From NCBI RefSeq assembly GCF_026571515.1, contig NW_026856539.1:1-64000 (forward strand): a DNA stretch of 64,000 nt, in the 5' to 3' direction. Of the stretch, positions 11,822-24,589 are shown in pieces. The position numbers and the translations under genes were made by a program. Source of the stretch: Ruditapes philippinarum (Eukaryota). Numbering within the stretch: the first letter of the stretch is position 1; each line of letters opens with the position of its first letter. The notes below the pieces were generated by a model. It was not told the DNA's origin. It did not search any database and worked only from the letters and a program-made list of their open reading frames with translations.

Positions 11822-14800
11822 TGAGACGCGTCACGACAAAACCAACGTATTGTGTTTGCGACCAGCATGTTCGGTTTGTAGGCGAACAACATCGATCCTG
11901 ATCAGACTGCACGGATGCGAAGGCTGGTCTGGATCCATGCTGGTCGCAAACACATTACTTTGGGTTTGTCGTGACGCGGCTCATATGAAGATGATATAAA
12001 AACAAGTTTTCAACAACGAAACAATCAATACGTAGCTATTTAAATACATGTACAACTTATTTGTATAAAACTCTCTTTTTACTTAAACATTCTCTGAACT
12101 AATTCCATATTCGAGAGATGTTAACAGCTACATGTAATTATCGGGGCCGGTGACATTCCACCATAACACTTTATGCTAGATTTCTTCTATTTTTAACAAC
12201 CTTCTACATTTCCCACTGTTTTTAAACGTATATCTATGATAATATTATATTTTTATATTACGTTTTTTCTTAGTGGTTTTACATCGTCCTCTTTAGGGGT
12301 TTGCCATAACAGTAATACATATCATTAATGCTGGATTTTCTTGCGTTGTTCGTTTGTCACTAAGTGACAGTCGGGCACCAGTTCGGATCTCGTTATATTT
12401 AGACCAGATGTACATGTACCCGTCATCTGGCTGCTTTGTTGGTGTGCGACTATCCCATTAAGTTCTATGTGAAGTATTTCATGTAAAAGACCGCGTTGTC
12501 CGTAAATCTGACGCGGAACTTGCAGGATTCTTTTCATGGAATCGGACCATCGAATAGCATTTCATTAAGAACTTCATCAAAATGAAATAATAAAAATAAC
12601 TGCGATAAACAAATTGAACTGGTAAGGGTAAATCCAATTATCTATGTTTTTCCTCAAATACCAGTAGATTTTATCAATAATTCCGGAAGAAAATACTGTA
12701 TACGATTTATGTTCTTGAGATTTTAGATCTGACAGATAATCTATTTGTCTGTATTTCTTTATATGTAATCATTTGTCTGTATTTCTTTATATGGAATCAA
12801 AGAATTGCTGTGACTTGCGTAACTGTTTCACTAGAGATAAGTTGAATAAATCTTCAACACTAAGCTGACCATTCTAAAGTATATAATTTTGGACAAACGT
12901 AAATTGTATTTCATGAAATTAATTGATGATGTCATGGTTGTTTTTTTTAAGTACTGCAGTTTCAGAACAGTTTGAGATATTGAAGTAAAACAACGTTTAT
13001 ATGATTCCCAATAAATTAAGCAATGTCAAAAACTTTTTCCTCAAATACCAGTAGATTTTATCAATAATTCCGGAAGAAAATACTGTATACGATTTATGTT
13101 CTTGAGATTTTAGATCTGACAGATAATCTATTTGTCTGTATTTCTTTATATGGAATCAGAGAATTGCTGTGACTTGCGTAACTGTTTCACTAGAGATAAG
13201 TTGAATAAATCTTCAACACTAAGCCGACCATTCTAGTGTATAATTTTTGACAAAAGGAAATTGTATTTCATGAAATTAATTGATGATGTCATGTTTTTTT
13301 TAAGTACTGCAGTTTCAGAACAGTTTGAGATATTGAAGTAAAACAACGTTTATATGATTCCCAATAAATTAAGCAATGTCAAAAACTTTCAAAATAGATA
13401 TTTTTCATAAATTATCCTATAACCACCTTTTATTATCATGCTTATTTCAGTGCGGCCTGCCTAACCATTTTGATACATTGATCAAGAATGGTTTAAGTAC
13501 GTACGTATTTACAAATCAAGCAATAAAAATATCAATATGAAAAGATAAGCTTTAATCAAAATAAGATACAGTACACATAAACTAAACTATTGTAGTTCCC
13601 CAACATGAAATTGTATGAAATTCAAGGGGTGGAGTAGAGAAATTGTTCACAAAACAAAATTAAGTGCTTGGCCCGATATTTATTGGAAAACAAAAAAGAA
13701 GTTTTTTTCTCTTCTTTATTTAAAGTTTTCGGCTAGTCCGTATGACTTACACAAAGCAAACATTTGGTTGTGAGCATGATAAGGCGTTGCCAAGTAGTTG
13801 TCCTTAGCAATGGTCAGACAATCAACTTGCATGGTCCTTAGCAATGGTCAGACAATCAACTTGCAAATATAATTAGGTTTGTGGATATTTGGAAAACAAC
13901 TTAATACAAAACTAATGCAACATCAGTAAAAACGAGGTTAAATTTGACCTTTAATCTTATTGATTAAACATGCAATTTAAAATATTCACACTAAAACATT
14001 TGATGCTTATTAAAAGTTCAGCATTATAATACGAAGGAAATTTGAGCCGATTCACGACAAAACCAACACAGTGCGTTTGCGAGCAGCATGGATACAGACT
14101 AGCCGGCGCATCCGCGCAGTCTGATCAGGATCCTTGCTGTTCGCTATCAGTTTCTCTACTTGTAATAGGGTTTGTAGGCGAACAACATCGATCCTGATCA
14201 GACTGCACGGATGCGCAGGCTGGTCTGGATCCATGCTGGTCGCTAACACATTACGTTGGTTTTGTCGTGACGCGGCTCATATGAAGATGATATAAGTTTT
14301 CAACAACGAAACAATCAATACGTAGCTATTTAAATACATGTACAACTTATTTGTATAATATTCTCTTTTTACTTAAACATTCTCTGAACAAATTCCGTAT
14401 TCGAGAGATGTTAACAGCGGGGTCGGTGACATTCCACCATAACACTTTATGATAGATTTCTTCTATTTTTAACAACCTTCTACATTTCCCACTGTTTTTA
14501 AACGTATAATTATGCTTTGTTGGTGTGCGACTATCCCATTAAGTTCAATGTGAAGTATTTCATGTAAAAGACCGCGTTGTCCGTAAATCTGACGCGGAAC
14601 TTGCAGGATTCTTTTCATGGAATCGGACCATCGAATAGCATTTCATTAAGAACTTCATCGAAATGAAATAATAAAAATAACTGCGATAAACAAATTGAAC
14701 TGGTAAGGGTAAATCCAATTATCTATGTTTTTCCTCAAATACCAGTAGATTTTATCAATAATTCCGGAAGAAAATACTGTATACGATTTATGTTCTTGAG

Positions 14801-17800
14801 ATTTTAGATCTGACAGATAATCTATTTGTCTGTATTTCTTTATATGGAATCAGAGAATTGCTGTGACTTGCGTAACTGTTTCACTAGAGATAAGTTGAAT
14901 AAATCTTCAACACTAAGCCGACCATTCTAGTGTATAATTTTTGACAAAAGAAATTGTATTTTCATGAAATTAATTGATGATGTCATGTTTTTTTTAAGTA
15001 CTGCAGTTTCAGAACAGTTTGAGATATTGAAGTAAAACAACGTTTATATGATTCCCAATAAATTAAGCAATGTCAAAAACTTTCAAAATAGAATATTTTT
15101 CATAAATTATCCTATAACCACCTTTTATTATCATGCTTATTCAGTGCGGCCTGCCTAACCATTTTGATACATTGATCAAGAATGGTTTAAGTACGTACGT
15201 ATTTACAAATCAAGCAATAAAAATATCAATATGAAAAGATAAGCTTTAATCAAAATAAGATACAGTACACATAAACTAAACTATTGTAGTTCCCCAACAT
15301 GAAATTGTATGAAATTCAAGGGGTGGAGTAGAGAAATTGTTCACAAAACAAAATTAAGTGCTTGGCCCGATATTTATTGGAAAACAAAAAAGAAGTTTTT
15401 TTCTCTTCTTTATTTAAAGTTTTCGGCTAGTCCGTATGACTTACACAAAGCAAACATTTGGGTTGTGAGCATGATAAGGCGTTGCCAAGTAGTTGTCCTT
15501 AGCAATGGTCAGACAATCAACTTGCATGGTCCTTAGCAATGGTCAGACAATCAACTTGCAAATATAATTAGGTTTGTGGATATTTGGAAAACAACTGAAT
15601 ACAAAACTAATGCAACATCAGTAAAAACGAGGTTAAATTTGACCTTTAATCTTATTGATTAAACATGCAATTTAAAATATTCACACTAAAACATTTGATG
15701 CTTATTAAAAGTTCAGCATTATAATACGAAGGAAATTTGAGCCGATTCACGACAAAACCAACACAGTGCGTTTGCGAGCAGCATGGATACAGACTAGCCG
15801 GCGCATCCGCGCAGTCTGATCAGGATCCTTGCTGTTCGCTATCAGTTTCTCTACTTGTAATAGGGTTTGTAGGCGAACAACATCGATCCTGATCAGACTG
15901 CACGGATGCGCAGGCAGGTCTGGATCCATGCTGGTCGCAAACACATTACGTTGGGTTTGTCGTGACGCGGCTCATATGAAGATGATATAAAAACAAGTTT
16001 TCAACAACGAAACAATCAATACGTAGCTATTTAAATACATGTACAACTTATTTGTATAATACTCTCTTTTTACTTAAACATTCTCTGAACAAATTCCATA
16101 TTCGAGAGATGTTAACAGCTACATGTAATAATCATTCCACCATAACACTTTATGCTAGATTTCTTCTATTTTTAACAACCTTCTACATTTCCCACTGTTT
16201 TTAAACGTATAATTATGATAATATTATATTTTTATATTACGTTTTTTATAGTGGTTTTACAACATCCTCGAGTCGTTAGGGGGTTGCCATAACAGTAATA
16301 CATATCATTAATGCTGGATTTCCTTGCGACAATTTGACAGTCGGGCACCAGTTCTGACCTCGTTATTTTTAGGCCAGATGTCCACGTAGCGGTCATCTGG
16401 CTGCTTAGTTGGTGTGCGACTATCCCGTTTAGTTCAATGTGAAGTATTTCATGCAAAAGACCTCGTAGTTCCTTAATCTTCCAGCGTTCTTTTTATTGCA
16501 ATCGGACCATCGGATAGCATTTCAGTAAAAACTTCATCAAAATGAAATAATAAAAAAAATTTGGATAAACAAAATTGTTTTTCCTCAAAGACCAGTAGAT
16601 TTTGTCAACAGTTCCGAAAGAATATACTGTATACAAGTTATGTTCTTGAGATTTTAGATCTGACAGATAATCTATTTGTCTGTATTTCTTTATATGGAAT
16701 CAGAGAATTGCTGTGACTTGCGTAACTGTTTCACTAGAGATAAGTTGAATAAATCTTCAACACTAAGCCGACCATTCTAGTGTATAATTTTTGACAAAAG
16801 GAAATTGTATTTCATGAAATTAATTGATGATGTCATGTTTTTTTAAGTACTGCAGTTTCAGAACAGTTTGAGATATTGAAGTAAAACAACGTTTATATGA
16901 TTCCCAATAAATTAAGCAATGTCAAAAACTTTCAAAATAGATATTTTTCATAAATTATCCTATAACCACCTTTTATTATCATGCCTATTTCAGTGCGGCC
17001 TGCCTAACCATTTTGATACATTGATCAAGAATGGTTTAAGTACGTACGTATTTACAAATCAAGCAATAAAAATATCAATATGAAAAGATAAGCTTTAATC
17101 AAAATAAGATACAGTACACATAAACTAAAATATTGTAGTTCCCCAACATGAAATTGTATGAAATTCAAGGGGTGGAGTAGAGAAATTGTTCACAAAACAA
17201 AATTAAGTGCTTGGCCCGATATTTATTGGAAAACAAAAAAGAAGTTTTTTCTCTTTCTTTATTTAAAGTTTTCGGCTAGTCCGTATGACTTACACAAAGC
17301 AAACATTTGGTTGTGAGCATGATAAGGCGTTGCCAAGTAGTTGTCCTTAGCAATGGTCAGACAATCAAACTTGCATGGTCCTTAGCAATGGTCAGACAAT
17401 CAACTTGCAAATATAATTAGGTTTGTGGATATTTGGAAAACAACTTAATACAAAACTAATGCAACATCAGTAAAAACGAGGTTAAATTTGACCTTTAATC
17501 TTATTGATTAAACATGCAATTTAAAATATTCACACTAAAACATTTGATGCTTATTAAAAGTTCAGCATTATAATACGAAGGAAATTTGAGCCGATTCACG
17601 ACAAAACCAACACAGTGCGTTTGCGAGCAGCATGGATACAGACTAGCCGGCGCATCCGCGCAGTCTGATCAGGATCCTTGCTGTTCGCTATCAGTTTCTC
17701 TACTTGTAATAGGTTTGTAGGCGAACAACATCGATCCTGATCAGACTGCACGGATGCGCAGGCTTGGTCTGGATCCATGCTGGTCGCTAACACATTACGT

Positions 17801-20800
17801 TGGTTTTGTCGTGACGCGGCTCATATGAAGATGATATAAGTTTTCAACAACGAAACAATCAATACGTAGCTATTTAAATACATGTACAACTTATTTGTAT
17901 AATATTCTCTTTTTACTTAAACATTCTCTGAACAAATTCCGTATTCGAGAGATGTTAACAGCGGGGTCGGTGACATTCCACCATAACACTTTATGATAGA
18001 TTTCTTCTATTTTTAACAACCTTCTACATTTCCCACTGTTTTTAAACGTATAATTATGATAATATTATATTTTTATATTACGTTTTTTATAGTGGTTTTA
18101 CAACATCCTCGAGTCGTTAGGGGGTTGCCATAACAGTAATACATATCATTAATGCTGGATTTCTTTGCGACAATGTGACAGTCGGGCACCAGTTCTGACC
18201 TCGTTATTTTTAGGCCAGATGTCCACGTAGCCGTCATCTGGCTGCTTAGTTGGTGTGCGACTATCCCGTTTAGTTCAATGTGAAGTATTTCATGCAAAAG
18301 ACCTCGTAGTTCCTTAATCTTCCAGCGTTCTTTTTATTGCAATCGGACCATCGGATAGCATTTCAGTAAAAACTTCATCAAAATGAAATAATAAAAAAAA
18401 TTTGGATAAACAAAATTGTTTTTCCTCAAAGACCAGTAGATTTTGTCAACAGTTCCGAAAGAATATACTGTATACAAGTTATGTTCTTGAGATTTTAGAT
18501 CTGACAGATAATCTATTTGTCTGTATTTCTTTATATGGAATCAGAGAATTGCTGTGACTTGCGTAACTGTTTCACTAGAGATAAGTTGAATAAATCTTCA
18601 ACACTAAGCCGACCATTCTAGTGTATAATTTTTGACAAAAGGAAATTGTATTTCATGAAATTAATTGATGATGACATGGTTTTTTTTAAGTACTGCAGTT
18701 TCAGAACAGTTTGAGATATTGAAGTAAAACAACGTTTATATGATTCCCAATAAATTAAGCAATGTCAAAAACTTTCAAAATAGATATTTTTCATAAATTA
18801 TCCTATAACCACCTTTTATTATCATGCTTATTTCAGTGCGGCCTGCCTAACCATTTTGATACATTGATCAAGAATGGTTTAAGTACGTACGTATTTACAA
18901 ATCAAGCAATAAAAATATCAATATGAAAAGATAAGCTTTAATCAAAATAAGATACAGTACACATAAACTAAACTATTGTAGTTCCCCAACATGAAATTGT
19001 ATGAAATTCAAGGGGTGGAGTAGAGAAATTGTTCACAAAACAAAATTAAGTGCTTGGCCCCGATATTTATTGGAAAACAAAAAAGAAGTTTTTTTCTCTT
19101 CTTTATTTAAAGTTTTCGGCTAGTCCGTATGACTTACACAAAGCAAACATTTGGTTGTGAGCATGATAAGGCGTTGCCAAGTAGTTGTCCTTAGCAATGG
19201 TCAGACAATCAACTTGCATGGTCCTTAGCAATGGTCAGACAATCAACTTGCAAATATAATTAGGTTTGTGGATATTTGGAAAACAACTTATACAAAACTA
19301 ATGCAACATCAGTAAAAACGAGGTTAAATTTGACCTTTAATCTTATTGATTAAACATGCAATTTAAAATATTCACACTAAAACATTTGATGCTTATTAAA
19401 AGTTCAGCATTATAATACGAAGGAAATTTGAGCCGATTCACGACAAAACCAACACAGTGCGTTTGCGAGCAGCATGGATACAGACTAGCCGGCGCATCCG
19501 CGCAGTCTGATCAGGATCCTTGCTGTTCGCTATCAGTTTCTCTACTTGTAATAGGGTTTGTAGGCGAACAACATCGATCCTGATCAGACTGCACGGATGC
19601 GCAGGCTGGTCTGGATCCATGCTGGTCGCTAACACATTACGTTGGTTTTGTCGTGACGCGGCTCATATGAAGATGATATAAGTTTTCAACAAAAAAACAA
19701 TCAATACGTAGCTATTTAAATACATGTACAACTTATTTGTATAAATATTCTCTTTTTACTTAAACATTCTCTGAACAAATTCCGTATTCGAGAGATGTTA
19801 ACAGCGGGGTCGGTGACATTCCACCATAACACTTTATGATAGATTTCTTCTATTTTTAACAACCTTCTACATTTCCCACTGTTTTTAAACGTATAATTAT
19901 GATAATATTATATTTTTATATTACGTTTTTTTATAGTGGTTTTACAACATCCTCGAGTCGTTAGGGGGTTGCCATAACAGTAATACATATCATTAATGCT
20001 GGATTTCTTTGCGACAATGTGACAGTCGGGCACCAGTTCTGACCTCGTTATTTTTAGGCCAGATGTCCACGTAGCCGTCATCTGGCTGCTTTGTTGGTGT
20101 GCGACTATCCCGTTTAGTTCAATGTGAAGTATTTCATGCAAAAGACCTCGTAGTTCCTTAATCTTCCAGCGTTCTTTTTATTGCAATCGGACCATCGGAT
20201 AGCATTTCATTAAAAACTTCATCAAAATGAAATAATAAAAAATTTGGATAAACAAAATTGTTTTTCCTCAAAGACCAGTAGATTTTGTCAACAGTTCCGA
20301 AAGAATATACTTTAATACACTTGTTACTATATATAGTAACAAAATTGTCTATGATTTCAACTGATTATGAGTGTCACGTGACCTATTATGAGTTTGCGGC
20401 CCGGGGCCGAGAACTAGTTATCAGCCCGCAGAACATGTGCACGTGCACAAACTGAAACAATGACGTCATATTTTACGTCATCAAACAGTTAACTGTAAAA
20501 GTGAAAGTAGGTTGTCAGCACGAATCGCTTTATTTTTATTATGAGAGCTTAAGCGTATTTAGTACAAACACATTTTTGTTACTATTGAAATTTAAAGAAT
20601 TAATACGACAAATTCATTCCGAAAAAAAATGAAAATAAAACTTGCTTCTTGATTCTACTGCTTTGAACACACAAACAGTAAACATCTCTGTACAGTACAG
20701 AACAGTAGAAGAGAAGACAAGAATTTCAAGGAAAGAACTTCAAAGTCTATTAAATTTTGTTTTGATTTTTTTTTTTAAATGCTACTATTAGATCTACCAA

Positions 20801-22111
20801 GTGTATTAAAGACATTAATACACGTCAGCGTAGGGCCGGAAGGTGATAATCGGTCCTGAATGAATAATGACCCTCGGGCTAAAGCCCTCGGGTCCATTAT
20901 TCATTTTGCGGGCCGATTATCACCTTCCGGCCCTCTCCTGTCGTGTATTAACCTCTTAGTATACAATTTATGTTCTTGAGATTTTAGATCTGACAGATAA
21001 TCTATTTGTCTGTATTTCTTTATATGGAATCAGAGAATTGCTGTGACTTGCGTAACTGTTTCACTAGAGATAAGTTGAATAAATCTTCAACACTAAGCAG
21101 ACCATTCTAGTGTATAATTTTTGACAAAAGGAAATTGTATTTCATGAAATTAATTGATGATGACATGGTTTTTTTTAAGTACTGCAGTTTCAGAACAGTT
21201 TGAGATATTGAAGTAAAACAACGTTTATATGATCCCCAATAAATTAAGCAATGTCAAAAACTTTCAAAATAGATATTTTTCATAAATTATCCTATAACCA
21301 CCTTTTATTATCATGCTTATTTCAGTGCGGCCTGCCTAACCATTTTGATACATTGATCAAGAATGGTTTAAGTACGTACGTATTTACAAATCAAGCAATA
21401 AAAATATCAATATGAAAAGATAAGCTTTAATCAAAATAAGATACGGTACACATAAACTAAAATATTGTAGTTCCCCAACATGAAAATGTATGAAATTCAA
21501 GGGGTGGAGTAGAGAAATTGTTCACAAAACAAAATTAAGTTTTTTTTCTTCTTTATTTACAGTTGTCGGTTAGTCCGTATGACTTATACACAGCAAACAT
21601 TAGGTTGTGAGCATGATAAGGCGTTGCCAAGTAGTTGTCCTTAGCAATGGTCAGAAAATAAACTTGCATGGTCCTTAGCAATGGTCAGACAATCAACTTG
21701 CAAATATAATTAGACAATTTTGTGGATATTTGGAAAACAACTTTAATACAATTAACTAATGCAACATCAGTAAAAACGAGGTTAAAATTTGACCTTTAAT
21801 CTTATTGATTAAACATGCAATTTAAAATATTCTCACTGAAACATTTGATGCTTATTAAAAGTTCAGCATTATAATACGAAGGAAATTTGAGCCGATTCAC
21901 GACAAAACCAACACAGTGCGTTTGCGAGCAGCATGGATACAGACTAGCCGGCGCATCCGCGCAGTCTGATCAGGATCCTTGCTGTTCGCTATCAGTTTCT
22001 CTACTTGTAATAGGGTTTGTGGATCCTGATCAGACTGCGCGGATGCGCAGGCTGGTCTGTATCCATGCTGGTCGCAAACGCACTATGTTGGTTTTGTCGT
22101 GACGCGGCTCA
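11822..22111. repeat. ~1.8-kb macrosatellite: five units delimited by six MITE copies
   Basis: MITEs start at 11822, 14043, 15738, 17587, 19429, 21888 (spacings 2221, 1695, 1849, 1842, 2459). Unit 1 has a ~390-bp internal duplication, unit 2 a deletion near 14513, unit 5 a 647-bp insertion. Confidence 0.95.
20312..20958 (+). mobile_element. Third hairpin-element family (647 bp) inserted in array unit 5, no TSD
   Basis: Empty site TATACT|GTATAC in the other units. Start TTAATACACTTG with its inverse at 20798-20809; hairpin 20815-20951 with loop CCCTCGGGCTAAAGCCCTCGGG; ends CCTCTTA. Confidence 0.9.
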
Positions 22112-22828
22112 TTTATCTCTATAGCAGCTATGATGGCATGAAACAGTAGCATTTTATCTCTATTCAGCTCATTTTGTTATTTCTGCATTGCTTCATTTCA
22201 ATGTTATAATATATGGTGTCCAACACTCTTGCACTCGAAATAATTTTGTCCAGACTTCATATTTCTTGATAATTAATAATCATGTTCATGTCATATGTTT
22301 GATATATTCACAAGATTTAAAATAAAAATGTTTCTAAGATAAATGCGAGGTCTCAATAAGACAATGTTTGTTTTTTGTTTTTGTTTTTTTTTTAAAGCAA
22401 CTACAACTCGCTGTTTGTGCTGTACGTCTGTCGCTTTAAAATTATTTTAAGTGTTTCGGGAGAGAAGAGCTAGTCTAACATTTTTGTCTGTGCCGATGTC
22501 ATTGAACATTAAATACAGATAAAGAACGAAATCGATGAATAATAATAAAATTCGACATCGAAAACAAAGTTTGTATGGTTCCGTCCTTGCAATCTAGTCT
22601 TAAAAGTTTATACACGGAGTCGTAAAATTAACCACTCTGTTGATAATTTTATTGAAAAAAAAAAGAACATATATTTATATAGATGTTAAGGTTATTTAAA
22701 TGTGTACAGATTGATTGTTGCTCATGGTTATTTATTCTATCTTCATTTGACACATCATGACACATAGTCTGATCAATTTTAACCTGGGAATATCATCTTA
22801 GAATTAATGGAGAACTAACATTTGATAT

Positions 22829-24538
22829 CTAAATGAGTTCATTTACTAACACGAGCGCCGTTATAATAAACACTGTATGTTGAATGTTTTGTGTACATCT
22901 TGATCCACTATCTTGAATACCTGAAAAAATGTAATTAACCCAAATGTAAAAATAACACAAAAGTATGAAACATAAATAAATTTCATTAAATAATCTAACG
23001 TAATTTACAGAACAGTTCTTTCAGAATGGCATCAATTTTCTAATTGTTTTGTTGAATACGTGTTTTTTTGCTCCTCCAATTGATAAAGCATCGTCTGATA
23101 AAGAATAAATATACTTAAGTGCCAAAGTTAAAAGTTTTTGAACAGAGAAAACATTTTTATTTTATTTTGATCAATATTCAAAAATACCTTCTATTAAAAA
23201 GTAATATGTATTCAAATACAGCAAAAAAAATCAATTTATAATAAAGACACACTGAATGGAATATAAAGTGTTATACCATAAGAGATCCGTTCGTTGCTTT
23301 CTACTGGGAATTCTTTCGAAAAATCTGAAATAAAGCCGAGATGAAAAACGGGTTGCGCAATCTGAATCTTTACTGTTTGTAGTTTTGATATTGAAGTCCC
23401 TGTAACATTGAATAAACTGTTCCAAATTCAAACCTGTACAATCCATTACAAAAATTCAACTTGTTAATGGTTAAAAGTTTTAAAAGGATTTGAAATATTT
23501 GAATATATTATGGCTTAAAAACGAAACAAACTGTTAAATAAGTATATACGGATTCCATGGACGACAGCCTACTGCACACTGCCAACTGCTTACTGACAGT
23601 TTAATTCTCAATCGGAACTGCCTCCGCTAGTATCTTTAATGTCTTTATCGGAAGTCTGACGGAAAGGGCCGAGTAGTTGCGATTGTTTAATTCTATGTAC
23701 TAGTATATGGATTAATCACGAAGTATTCCGAATGTACACGCAAAATCTGCTGAATTAAATTTTACGGAACATAATTGAAAGTAAGTTAAAAAGGAATATT
23801 CTATAATAAAGCCGAATTATTTGTATTTATTTTTGACTTGTCTACGCCCCATCCTTGCACACTGCTTCGGTTATGTTATGAAATGGTTCTACGTGCCTCA
23901 GTACACTTTCAACTTAATAATAAAAAATATGGGCCAAGGAAATAACTCCATATATGGAGACATCGTGTGACAGTTTAGAGCTTTAATTATATCACAGGAG
24001 ACAGTTTTAAGTTATCTTTTGATAGTTAACTTTTATTGTTTCATGTATATCACTTGGTGTTCCAGATTACGAGACATCAGTATAATATCATAACAAAAAT
24101 ATTATTAAGTACAGAACTTTAATCATAATTCTGCTTTTATCAAGTTTTCTCATTCAGAGGCTCTTTCATACCACAATGTGTATTTTTGTGTTAATTCTTA
24201 AATATGATATTAAAAGAGTATTGTTCTTTGAAGACATTGGCACGTAAATGGGCACCTTTAAAATTTCGAACAACATTCTATTTTACAATTTTGCTATATA
24301 ATTTATACATCATGTTTTTTTCCGACTAAATGATCAATCTACAGCAGATAATAATGAGGCAAAGTACTGCAATCATTAGTCAGGATCATTTAAATGTTCA
24401 AAAATGAAAACATTAGCAAAAATACAGGAATTTTTAATTCGGGTTTTCTTGCAGTTTATAAATTGTTTTCTCCGTAACAAGGCAAATATTTTTATACATA
24501 CGGAATATTTACAGGCGTCTCATAATTTTTATTTTGAA

Positions 24539-24589
<51 letters not shown>

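Noticed and set aside
12365-12495. Plus-strand reading of the array core, including as a mitochondrial insert with TGA=Trp
   Set aside because: Two TGA stops in the standard code and no recognisable mitochondrial protein; the minus frame is open.
14052-22102. Repeated small ORFs MLATSMDPDQPAH.. and MSRFTTKP..
   Set aside because: Incidental frames of the palindromic MITE, present on both strands and broken by frameshifts among copies.
23058-23094. Extra minus-gene exon DDALSIGGAKKH
   Set aside because: Its donor is phase 0, incompatible with the phase-1 terminal exon that gives the GPI-like tail; not included in the model.
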